From IMG/VR virus record IMGVR_UViG_3300015185_000027: DNA of 8,073 bases; one strand, written 5' to 3'. Below, piece by piece: positions 1 through 7,295 of the stretch (within the stretch, counting starts at the first letter, position 1; every line of letters begins with the position of its first letter). The position numbers were made by a program, and so were the translations under genes. This DNA is from a virus. Lineage: Duplodnaviria > Heunggongvirae > Uroviricota > Caudoviricetes. The notes beneath the pieces were generated by a model, which saw only the letters and a program-made list of their open reading frames with translations, made no database searches and was not told where the DNA came from.

Positions 1-17
1 GATTCAGTCTGTGTCAT
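1..17 (-). CDS. Start of a tail assembly protein K-like gene (first ~5 codons only; the rest lies beyond the window's left edge)
   Basis: ATG at 17..15 lies 10 nt downstream of the L stop (28..30); minus-strand translation begins M-T-Q-T-E. Position after L matches lambda order H-M-L-K. No clear Shine-Dalgarno sequence and only 17 nt visible, so weak. Confidence 0.3.
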
Positions 18-27
18 AAACCGGGAT

Positions 28-726
28 TTACTGCGAAAGTTTATTAATGGAAAGGAAACCGCCAAAATTGCCGACATTCCTGCGCAGTTCACACCCGCGC
101 ATGCACTTGCTGCATCTGTCCTTACGGATATCCGTGGTGGGTTTATCGAACTCATCCGCCACAGCCCCGCCCGTGTAACCACACTCATCAGAGCGGTAGG
201 TCCACATACAGGTGTTCGCCAGCATGATACGACCGGGAAACTGCGCTCCGTCCGTCTCGGTCGGTGTGGCCAGCACAAACGAGGCCGTCATGGCTGTCAG
301 CTGCGACATCTGCTCCACCACCCAGCGGTCGCTAAGCTCCTGCTCCGGGTCCGCTTCCGGATTGCCCGCCACAAAATTCACCGCATCCAGAAAACGGGCA
401 TACACCCGGCGGCGGACCACCGTGGCCCCCACCAGACTCTGCAGGTCTTCCGCCATCCCGGTGACAAGGCCGAACAGATTGGACACCGTCAGCGACGGTC
501 TGGCACTGCTGCCTTTCCCGTTCATTTCAAAGCCGCTGCCATCAATCGGGTACGCCTCATACTTACGCCCCTGCCAGGTGACCGGCTCCCCTTTTTCATT
601 CAGCTCATTACAGAAAAAATACCGCTCACCGCCCTGTACCGTCAGGTCGATTTCCCAGAGTACCACCCGCGGTGACTGCTCTGATTTAACCGACTCGTTC
701 AGACTTTCTTCGTGAATATCCTGCAT
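28..726 (-). CDS. L: Minor tail protein L (lambda gpL family), 232 aa
   Basis: Same length as lambda gpL and collinear similarity from my recollection of that protein (MQDI...VVLWEIDLT...GGERYFFCNE.NEKGEPVTWQGR...GFLSINKLSQ at the C-terminus). C-terminal Cys cluster (C..C, then C..C..C) consistent with the Fe-S-binding region reported for gpL. Start ATG 726..724 overlaps the M stop (TGATG). Confidence 0.9.
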   Translation of the reverse strand: MQDIHEESLNESVKSEQSPRVVLWEIDLTVQGGERYFFCNELNEKGEPVTWQGRKYEAYPIDGSGFEMNGKGSSARPSLTVSNLFGLVTGMAEDLQSLVGATVVRRRVYARFLDAVNFVAGNPEADPEQELSDRWVVEQMSQLTAMTASFVLATPTETDGAQFPGRIMLANTCMWTYRSDECGYTGGAVADEFDKPTTDIRKDRCSKCMRGCELRRNVGNFGGFLSINKLSQ

Positions 727-1067
727 CAGTTCACCACCTGCTCAATCGTACAACTGAAATCACTGTACCTGGCGTTATCTGTGACGCTCCACTCCCGGCA
801 TACCACCCTCACCGTCCGGTTATGTTTCGGCGGTCGCCACAAAAAGGCACGGTAACCACCATGCCACGATAAAAACTCTTCCAGCCATCGCCGGGTCGCC
901 TCATCCGTCACCCGGAACACCGCCTGAAACGTCTTCAGTCGGGCATTAAGTCCCGTCGGGCGGCGCTGTTCATAACCGTCACCAAACCGTACCCTCGCCA
1001 CCGACGGTTTCTCACTCACCTGCATCCCTTCACGCGGGACCAGATGCAGCGTTTTTATCTCAGCCAC
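726..1067 (-). CDS. M: Minor tail protein M (lambda gpM family), 113 aa, GTG start
   Basis: Contains the VRFGDGYEQR...GLNA.LKT motif and ends ...EQVVN, matching my recollection of lambda gpM. The start codon is GTG (plus-strand 'cac' at 1065..1067) preceded by GGAGGAA 8 nt upstream; it overlaps the tape measure 3' end by 8 nt. Confidence 0.85.
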   Translation of the reverse strand: MAEIKTLHLVPREGMQVSEKPSVARVRFGDGYEQRRPTGLNARLKTFQAVFRVTDEATRRWLEEFLSWHGGYRAFLWRPPKHNRTVRVVCREWSVTDNARYSDFSCTIEQVVN

Positions 1068-4000
1068 TCAGCATTCCTCCGTCACGTCGCATGGACAGCA
1101 TCACCGCCTGCACCCGCTGGTCAATCAGTTGCACAAGGCTGCCCGCAGCTTCCGGCCCTATCTGGCCATTAGTCCCGTCATTCTGAATGGCGATATGGTA
1201 GACCGGGGAATACACCAGACCTGCACTGCCGTTCATACTGCCCACCGCTCGCACACCCAGCGAGCCATCCGCCGCCCGGGTCAGGGGCATAATGGCTTCA
1301 GGACCGGCCTCCCCCATCAGTCCCGCCCCTTTTGCAAAGGCAAAGTACGTGGGCGTATCCACAATACTGTTGCTGTACGCACTCAGGTTTGCCGAGGTAT
1401 ACACCCCGCCTTTTGCATTGGCCACCGCACCGCCCAGCCAGCTACCAATACTGCCGATAAATCCTCCCGCTCCGGACATACTGTTTGCCGCCGTCTTGAT
1501 CCCGTTGACAATCGCGGCATTCATAAGAACTTTTGATATTTCCTGCAGCACTGATGAGGCCCAGCTGCGCCATTCCACTTTATTTCCGTTCAGCATCTCC
1601 GTGATGTTATTCACCATCCCTGAGATACCCTCCGTCGCCAGCTGTGCTGCCTGTGAGGCGTAATCGGACGCATTATCCACCCAGTTACTGAATCCCTCCT
1701 GCAGCCCTTTCTGCCAGTCCGCACGCTGCACATCCGATTCGGCATAAAAGGCTTCCTGCTCTTTCAGACGTTCACTCAGATACTGCGCGTTCTGTGCCAG
1801 AGCCTGTCTGTAAAAATCCTCACTGATATCCCCGGTCTGATACTGAGACTGAAGGTCCGCATCCTTCTGGCGGAAACTGTCGCGGATCTGCTGCAACTCC
1901 CGCATGCGTTCACGGAGCCGCTCTCCCTGCCCGTACCCCAGCAGTTCCGCTTCATTTGATGCACGCGCAGCCACATTATCATTCTTCAGGGTCTCTTCCC
2001 GGGACCGCAACTGCTCCCGGATTTTTTGCTGGTCAATCAGGGCCGCATTGCGCAGCAGTTCCTGCTTCTGCATCTCCGTCAGGGTTTTCAGTTCGCCCTG
2101 CGCAGTCTGGTATTTCAGCTTCGCCAGCTCTGTATTCTGCCCCGCAAGTGCCAATTGCTCTTTCTGCTGCTTCAGCAGCCGGGAAAAACTGTCTTCCGCT
2201 TTTTCCGTCTCTGATTTTCCACCCCGGGATTTGGGTTTATTCGCCTCGTTATTGCGCCAGGCTTCCAGGGCATTACTGATATAACGTTGTCTCGCCTCCT
2301 GATACGGTTCACCCACAAAACCGAGGTCATCCGCCGCATACCCCAGTCGGACACGCTCTTTTTCTTCCCCTTTCAGTCTGGACAGGGCCAGCTCACGCTC
2401 TGTTTTTGTCAGGGCACTCTGCTGTTTATCATCCAGAGTGGCCTGTGGCAGCCGTAACGGCACATTCACCAGTCCCTGCCGCTGCTGAAGCAGTTCATTA
2501 CCCAGCCCCAGCAGACGGTTGAATTCCGTATGCTGACCGTTCATAACCAGCATGGACTGGTACACCTTATTCTGCTCTGCCGCCTGCTGACGAATTAACG
2601 CCACACGACGGTCTTCCAGCCCGGCAAGCACATCCTGAATGGACTGCGCTTTTTCCTGCATCTGTGCCAGACGGGACTGCTCAACGGCAAGCTGCTCTGT
2701 TGCCTGAGAAAGCCCTTCCGTCACGGTCTTCACCGATGTCAGATGGTTTATCATGAATCCGTCACCGGTTGTCCAGCCAGGGTTAGCCAGAACATACTGA
2801 TATCCAGCGATTTTTTCCTGCAGGGATTTCACCCGGCTGGCCTGTTCATCAATCAGCCGGTTCTGCTCTGCCAGCGCCGCCCGTGTTCGTCCTTCATTAT
2901 CTGAGGCTTCAGGCAAAGACATTGACGGCGTTTTATGCGCGATTTCATCTATCGTCAGTGCATACTGGCGCGCTGACTCCCTGGCCTGCTCCTGATTCTG
3001 GTACAGCGTATACCATGCTGCTGCCCCCAGCATCACCAGTCCGGGTACGCCACCAACCAGTCCCAACGCACCAGTCATCAGACGTGAGCCCACCGCCGTT
3101 GTACTGTTCAGCGCATTCTGGGCTGCGGTTCTGGCAGCAATATTTCTGTTCAGGCGTTCCTGTGTGGCCGCCAGACGGGCTTCTGCAGCAATCTGCATCT
3201 CCGTCCCGCGGGCTGCCGCCACAGCCTGCTGTGCACGGTACACGGCTGCCCTTGCCCGCGCCGTGGCAATCTGCGTCCCCCTGAGCTGTGCTTCCGCCAG
3301 TGCCACTTCATTACGTGCTGCCGTCACAAGTCCTGCCGTGGCAGACACCGCTCCGGAGGCCATATTGCCAAAGTACCGGGCAACCCCGACGGCAACCAGC
3401 GCCCCCGCGGCTGTTGCCACATTATCAATATTACCGGCAACACCGTTCAGCACGCCGGAGAGCGTTTTCGTCGCTCCGCTGGCTTCATTCGCGCCACCCA
3501 CCCAGGCCATAAAGGCGTTTTCCACCTTTGTGATCCCGTCAGAGACCGTTTCCGGCATGGCGGCATATTCATCACGCAATACCCCCAGCTGGCTGATTAA
3601 CGCAGGAACGACTTTATCCGCCGTCAGTTTGCCGTCGTCCGCCATCGCCTTAAGGTCTTTACGGGCCACGCCCATACCCGCAGCCAGTGCACGTACGATC
3701 CGGTCTCCGCTTTCATTGACCGAATTAAATTCCTCACCGCGTAACACACCCTGTGCCAGCGCCTGGCTGAACTGGGTGATCACCGAGCCCGCCTCTGCCG
3801 TACTGGCACCGGAGATTTTCAGCCCCGTGGAAATGGCCTCCGTCACCTTCAGCACATCATCAGCACTGTAACCATATTCACGCATTGAGGCTGCCGAGCG
3901 GGCAAACAGGGCCGCATTATCTGAAAATGCCGTGCCCGTCCGCTGGCTGATATCCATCAGCACTTTCTGTGATGACGAAAATTCATCGGATGACTGCGAC

Positions 4001-4302
4001 GCCTGTTTCAGTCGGGCATTCACGGAACTCCATTCATCGGCCAGAGAAATCAGGTGTCCGGTGGCAAAGGCACCTGCAAATGCCCCCGCCGTTCCGGCAG
4101 CTGAAGCGCGGATTTCCGTCAACTGGCTGTTCAGCTCAGCCAGGGCGCGTCGCTGCTCCCGGGCGACTGCGGCAGCCTGACGCCCGCCATTCTGCAGGGT
4201 CCGGTAATATTCACTGCCCATGCGGGAAGCCCGCTGGATCTCCGACTGGAATGACTGCGAATTTGCCGAAATTTTGATAATCAGTTCACGTAACGTCGCC
4301 AT
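1060..4302 (-). CDS. H: Tail length tape measure protein (gpH-like), 1080 aa
   Basis: Very long ORF sitting between the G/G-T chaperone pair and M, as in lambda. Long Ala/Gln/Arg/Glu-rich stretches that look helical, a central Gly/Ala-rich hydrophobic segment (GALGLVGGVPGLVMLGAAAWYTLY, about 3003..3074) and a Gly-rich C-terminus, all typical of tape measure proteins. ATG at 4302..4300 preceded by GGAGAAAGGTGA. Confidence 0.9.
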   Translation of the reverse strand: MATLRELIIKISANSQSFQSEIQRASRMGSEYYRTLQNGGRQAAAVAREQRRALAELNSQLTEIRASAAGTAGAFAGAFATGHLISLADEWSSVNARLKQASQSSDEFSSSQKVLMDISQRTGTAFSDNAALFARSAASMREYGYSADDVLKVTEAISTGLKISGASTAEAGSVITQFSQALAQGVLRGEEFNSVNESGDRIVRALAAGMGVARKDLKAMADDGKLTADKVVPALISQLGVLRDEYAAMPETVSDGITKVENAFMAWVGGANEASGATKTLSGVLNGVAGNIDNVATAAGALVAVGVARYFGNMASGAVSATAGLVTAARNEVALAEAQLRGTQIATARARAAVYRAQQAVAAARGTEMQIAAEARLAATQERLNRNIAARTAAQNALNSTTAVGSRLMTGALGLVGGVPGLVMLGAAAWYTLYQNQEQARESARQYALTIDEIAHKTPSMSLPEASDNEGRTRAALAEQNRLIDEQASRVKSLQEKIAGYQYVLANPGWTTGDGFMINHLTSVKTVTEGLSQATEQLAVEQSRLAQMQEKAQSIQDVLAGLEDRRVALIRQQAAEQNKVYQSMLVMNGQHTEFNRLLGLGNELLQQRQGLVNVPLRLPQATLDDKQQSALTKTERELALSRLKGEEKERVRLGYAADDLGFVGEPYQEARQRYISNALEAWRNNEANKPKSRGGKSETEKAEDSFSRLLKQQKEQLALAGQNTELAKLKYQTAQGELKTLTEMQKQELLRNAALIDQQKIREQLRSREETLKNDNVAARASNEAELLGYGQGERLRERMRELQQIRDSFRQKDADLQSQYQTGDISEDFYRQALAQNAQYLSERLKEQEAFYAESDVQRADWQKGLQEGFSNWVDNASDYASQAAQLATEGISGMVNNITEMLNGNKVEWRSWASSVLQEISKVLMNAAIVNGIKTAANSMSGAGGFIGSIGSWLGGAVANAKGGVYTSANLSAYSNSIVDTPTYFAFAKGAGLMGEAGPEAIMPLTRAADGSLGVRAVGSMNGSAGLVYSPVYHIAIQNDGTNGQIGPEAAGSLVQLIDQRVQAVMLSMRRDGGMLSG

Positions 4303-4320
4303 TCACCTTTCTCCGGGCGT

Positions 4321-4341
4321 AAAAAAACCGCCTCAGCGGTT
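4321..4341 (-). terminator. Weak terminator-like hairpin plus U-run between the G-T stop and the tape measure start
   Basis: Minus strand reads GAACCGC-TGAG-GCGGTTTTTTT: a 4-6 bp GC stem, 4-nt loop, then a run of 7 T. It is followed directly by the tape measure ribosome-binding site. Short stem, so at most a partial terminator or attenuator. Confidence 0.3.
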
Positions 4342-4349
4342 CTCATCAT

Positions 4350-5029
4350 TCATGACTGTGCTGCAAAGCTCAGCGCGTCTTCCAGCGCCGCAAACGGATC
4401 CACCTCCGGCTTATCCTCATCCTCGCCCCAGCAGAGCATGGCGTCCTTCAGTGCAACATTCATCCCCTGTGCCCCAAAAACCGCTTTCACGATCTGTGCA
4501 TTACGGATATCCCCGCGCTCATCACCCAGCGGGGATACCCTGTCGAACTCCATCCACATCATCGCCTCGCTCACACTCAGGCTGTGCCGCAGTTCGGATA
4601 AGGTGCGCCCCAGACGGAGCGCAAGTCGCATCAGAAAGCGAATTTCCGGGCGGGCTACTTTTTTCTGGCCGACTCTGCATCAGCGATCAGTTCCAGTGCC
4701 TGACGCAGCAACCGGGCATGTACCGGACCATAGACGGCCAGCACCTGCTCACGGTCGTCCGGAGCGAACACCCGCTGCAGATCCGTATCACACAGGACAT
4801 CGCAGAACAGCGTCACATCCGCTTCCAGGTTACGGCGGGTTTTCGCCACCACCGACAGGGTATCGTCATCCTCTCCATCACCATTGAGCACTTCCTGCCA
4901 CAGATACCAGGCCTCTGCCGAAGGCTCCCGCAGCACCACGCTGACATTACCCCATTCCGGCACCTTCACCGTTTTATGACGAAACCCTGACAGTCTGGCC
5001 AGCGCCAGCGTTTTCAGATCCTTTTTCAT
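4350..5029 (-). CDS. Tail assembly chaperone G-T fusion made by programmed -1 frameshift (~226 aa); the T part has no start of its own
   Basis: The -1 frame is open from the slippery site through 4350: ...ARKK then VARPEIRFLMRLALRLGRTLSEL...FAAQS, stop TGA at 4350..4352. The overlapping G and T frames in this position match the conserved G/G-T arrangement of long-tailed phages. Confidence 0.65.
4655..5029 (-). CDS. Tail assembly chaperone G-like (zero-frame product), 124 aa
   Basis: Small acidic ORF immediately upstream of the tape measure and downstream of the major tail gene, ending ...ADAESARKK-TAG with a slippery heptamer at its last codons. I place the start at ATG 5029..5027 (MKKDLKTL...) with AAGGGG upstream; the ORF-track start at 5077 would overlap the major tail gene by 34 nt. 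Confidence 0.75.
   Translation of the reverse strand: MKKDLKTLALARLSGFRHKTVKVPEWGNVSVVLREPSAEAWYLWQEVLNGDGEDDDTLSVVAKTRRNLEADVTLFCDVLCDTDLQRVFAPDDREQVLAVYGPVHARLLRQALELIADAESARKK
4658..4664 (-). promoter_or_regulatory. Slippery heptamer A-AAA-AAG (-1 ribosomal frameshift site) followed directly by the zero-frame TAG stop
   Basis: Minus strand reads GCC AGA AAA AAG TAG; A_AAA_AAG is a canonical -1 slippery sequence (the same heptamer as in E. coli dnaX). A one-base backward slip continues into the T frame (GTA GCC CGC ...). Confidence 0.7.
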
Positions 5030-5043
5030 GATGACCCATCCCC

Positions 5044-5760
5044 TTATCCGGCGGCTGCGCTCACTGTCACGGTGCATTCAACAGACGTCACACTCTGTGC
5101 TTTCTCTGCCGAATCGGTCACCACGCAGGTATATTTCCCCGCATCAGCGGACTGCGCACCTGGCTTACTGAAGGTGTCTGTCGTCTGCCCGTCAACCGGC
5201 TGACCATCCTTCTTCCAGGCGTATTTATACGGCGGCGTTCCCCCGTTGGCACTGACTGACATTGTCAGCAGCGCACCTGTATTCACGGTAAGTGTTTTAT
5301 CCAGATTTTTCACAAACGCCAGCGGTACCACAAAGGACACCGGTTTGCCTTTCATACGCAGTGAAAACGTTGCTGCCACCACGCCGTTGGTACCGGATGA
5401 CCAGGTGTGCTGACGCACTTCCGCCAGGAACTTAAAGCCCTTACCGGACGGAAACAGCACCTTAAACGCATACAACGCGTCATTGTCATAGGCATCACGC
5501 AGGGCGTTCTGGGCCTGATTCAGATAAAAATTACCCGACATGGAAATCTCAGACGACGCCCCCAGACCGTTGATGTTCTCCTGCTCGGTGGAGCAGAGCG
5601 TGGTCACATCAATATCCTGTTTCTGACCGGCGGTGAACTGGACTTCCTTGATGGTGCAATCCAGGCGCAGATATTCCGCCTTATCCATAGTTTCAGCAGT
5701 CGCCGGGGCAGATGAAATCATCACCTGCGTCAGCTGTGAGCGTTCATACAAAGCAGACAT
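5044..5760 (-). CDS. Major tail protein (gpV-analogous) with a C-terminal Ig-like domain, 238 aa
   Basis: Sits immediately upstream of the G/G-T pair. ATG at 5760..5758 preceded by a strong AGGAGG site; the ORF-track N-terminal extension to 5895 would overlap the upstream gene and cross the intergenic hairpin, so I reject it. The C-terminal ~80 aa (..TPPYKYAWKKDGQPV...AGKYTCVVTD..) has the Ig-like signature known from lambda gpV and other tail tube proteins. Confidence 0.85.
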   Translation of the reverse strand: MSALYERSQLTQVMISSAPATAETMDKAEYLRLDCTIKEVQFTAGQKQDIDVTTLCSTEQENINGLGASSEISMSGNFYLNQAQNALRDAYDNDALYAFKVLFPSGKGFKFLAEVRQHTWSSGTNGVVAATFSLRMKGKPVSFVVPLAFVKNLDKTLTVNTGALLTMSVSANGGTPPYKYAWKKDGQPVDGQTTDTFSKPGAQSADAGKYTCVVTDSAEKAQSVTSVECTVTVSAAAG

Positions 5761-5776
5761 TCTGCCTCCTGATAAT

Positions 5777-5798
5777 AAAAAACCCGCACGCGGCGGGG
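5777..5798 (-). terminator. Terminator-like GC hairpin plus U6 in the intergenic region upstream of the major tail gene
   Basis: Minus strand reads CCCGC-CGCGT-GCGGG-TTTTTT (5-bp GC stem, 5-nt loop, six T), placed 13 nt upstream of the AGGAGG of the major tail gene. Could equally be an RNA processing or stability element. Confidence 0.3.
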
Positions 5799-5824
5799 TA
5801 TGGTTTTGTAGAAAAAAGAAAAAG

Positions 5825-6169
5825 TCACACCGTGACCTGAAACTCCAGGGTTGCACGGTAACAGCGGTTTTCCGGAATATAGTCCTGCATTTCACTGACG
5901 GATCCCGGGGCCAGCAGCATTATGGCTTCACGGGCGTCCTGACGTATCTGACGCGCCTGCGTCACAGTCCCGGCATAAACGTCTATCTGCACCGACACTG
6001 AGGACTCCGCCTGCCCGCCCATCACGTCCGCTGACACCGATGAAATCAGGCTGAAAACCACCCACGGAAGCGCCACCGACGGCCTGCCATCCAGCAGGGG
6101 GACCACATACGGGTACACCTGCCCGCCGGCAAGATGCGCCAGATGAGGATACAAATCCGCCTCCGTCAT
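5825..6169 (-). CDS. Small tail-proximal structural protein, probable tail terminator or tail completion protein (DUF3168-like; position of lambda gpU), 114 aa
   Basis: ORF of 114 aa immediately upstream of the major tail gene; start ATG overlaps the upstream stop (ATGA). Family assignment is from position and motif recollection (..VYPYVVP...PWVVFSL..), not a search. Confidence 0.55.
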   Translation of the reverse strand: MTEADLYPHLAHLAGGQVYPYVVPLLDGRPSVALPWVVFSLISSVSADVMGGQAESSVSVQIDVYAGTVTQARQIRQDAREAIMLLAPGSVSEMQDYIPENRCYRATLEFQVTV

Positions 6170-6612
6170 CGTCTCAGTACCTCATCAATGGCCCGGTTCA
6201 TCCGCGCAATCGCCACCTGAGCTGCCTGTTCACTGCGCACATCAAACGCCGGGCGCACAAACGGGTGCGGTGGCATATTCACAGTCCCCATTTCCACAAA
6301 CCGCCAGTAGAAAGCATTGCGCGGGTTATCCGCCTTCATAGTGTTATCGCTGTTACCGGTGTCCGGATTAACACCACGGATATGGACACCGGATTCCATC
6401 CCGCCATCGCGGGAGCGCCGGGAAAGGATCACCACATTGCGGCGCAGTTTTCCCCTGCGTACCGGTGCCCGTGACACCACTTCTTCTTTCAGCACATTCG
6501 CACCCGCACGGGTTGCCTCACGCAGCACCCGGTTATTTTCCGCACCACTCAGAAGCTGCAAATCGCGGCTGATGTCCTCCAGCCCCGAAAAATCCAGCAG
6601 GGTTTCGATCAT
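6166..6612 (-). CDS. HK97 gp10-family phage protein (neck / tail completion component), 148 aa
   Basis: An N-terminal Leu-rich stretch followed by ...RAPVRRGKLRRNVVI resembles my recollection of the HK97-gp10-like family. Coupled to both neighbours by ATGA overlaps. Confidence 0.65.
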   Translation of the reverse strand: MIETLLDFSGLEDISRDLQLLSGAENNRVLREATRAGANVLKEEVVSRAPVRRGKLRRNVVILSRRSRDGGMESGVHIRGVNPDTGNSDNTMKADNPRNAFYWRFVEMGTVNMPPHPFVRPAFDVRSEQAAQVAIARMNRAIDEVLRR

Positions 6613-6959
6613 TTTTCCCCTCCCAGCCGACAGAGAATTTCCAGACGCCCGCCGGTCGCATCCGGCACGGGCAGCCCGACAACGTTCAGGATCCGGTCAC
6701 GCCATGGACCACTCAGCACATGAAGTCGTGACGCTGCCGTGATTTCCCGACCGGACTGACCGCGCACCCAGATGCGGATTTCCGCCTGCGCCATTTCCGC
6801 ACCGGACTGCATCCGCTCCCGGCTGCTCCTGCCACGGATATCCGCATGAATTTTCCCGCATGACACCCATTCTTCCGTCATTTCTCCGGCAGCGTTACGG
6901 GTTAACACCGGATTCAGAACACTTATCATCTGTGTCAGACGACCTGCAGATATTGCCAT
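6609..6959 (-). CDS. Head-tail adaptor / head closure protein (Phage_H_T_join-like), 116 aa
   Basis: Size, position directly after the gp6-like gene, and general sequence character fit head-tail joining proteins of HK97/SPP1-type phages. ATG 6959..6957 preceded by GAGGAGG. Confidence 0.6.
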   Translation of the reverse strand: MAISAGRLTQMISVLNPVLTRNAAGEMTEEWVSCGKIHADIRGRSSRERMQSGAEMAQAEIRIWVRGQSGREITAASRLHVLSGPWRDRILNVVGLPVPDATGGRLEILCRLGGEK

Positions 6960-6968
6960 TCCCCCTCC

Positions 6969-7295
6969 TCATAACACCGTCGGACAACGCAAATCGTAAA
7001 TCAGCACGGAAACAGAAAACGGCAGCTCCCCCTGAAGCAGTTCTTCCCGCTCCGCAAGATCCGGATTCCGGTACAGCATCCCGGTCAGTCGCATGGCAGC
7101 CCCCTTCATCCGGGTTAATGCCTCGCCCGGGATCAGTTCACCGTCCTCACGGATCACTTTATCCCGGCTGCCCTGAATGTAGGCCAGCAGCACGGCGGTA
7201 GCCTGACAAACCTTGTCCATCAGCATGTCATCATCCGCGTCATGGTCGACACGCAGATGTGCCTTGATCTCTTCCAGTGTCAGTAATGCCGTCAT
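6969..7295 (-). CDS. gp6-like head-tail connector protein, 108 aa
   Basis: N-terminus MTALLTLEEIKAHLRVDHDADDDMLMDK... is the characteristic start of the HK97 gp6-like connector family as I recall it. ATG 7295..7293 preceded by AGGAGG and overlapping the upstream stop (ATGA). Confidence 0.75.
   Translation of the reverse strand: MTALLTLEEIKAHLRVDHDADDDMLMDKVCQATAVLLAYIQGSRDKVIREDGELIPGEALTRMKGAAMRLTGMLYRNPDLAEREELLQGELPFSVSVLIYDLRCPTVL

Noticed and set aside
4350-4631. The T frame as an independent gene starting at the ATG at 4631 (93 aa)
   Set aside because: The frame is open upstream all the way to the slippery heptamer and overlaps the end of G, which is the conserved G/G-T frameshift arrangement; independent initiation at an internal Met is unlikely, though only experiment can exclude it.
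212-4990. Plus-strand ORFs of 62-256 aa in the track (212..715, 1129..1536, 1292..1663, 1904..2284, 1956..2279, 2026..2214, 2883..3284, 3164..3871, 3288..3512, 3932..4180, 3969..4277, 4220..4990, 4438..4887)
   Set aside because: Each lies wholly antisense inside a well-supported minus-strand structural gene, has no recognisable ribosome-binding site, and has the low-complexity Pro/Arg/Ser/Ala-rich composition typical of shadow frames in GC-rich coding DNA.
5030-5077. ORF-track start of the G chaperone at 5077 (140 aa)
   Set aside because: It would overlap the 3' end of the major tail gene by 34 nt and has no ribosome-binding site; the ATG at 5029 sits 14 nt after the major tail stop with AAGGGG upstream.
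5761-5895. ORF-track N-terminal extension of the major tail gene (start at 5895, 283 aa)
   Set aside because: The extra 45 codons (MKCRTIFRKTAVTVQPWSFRSRCDFFFFLQNH...) translate the intergenic hairpin and U-tract and overlap the upstream gene by about 70 nt. The ATG at 5760 with AGGAGG upstream is the far better start.
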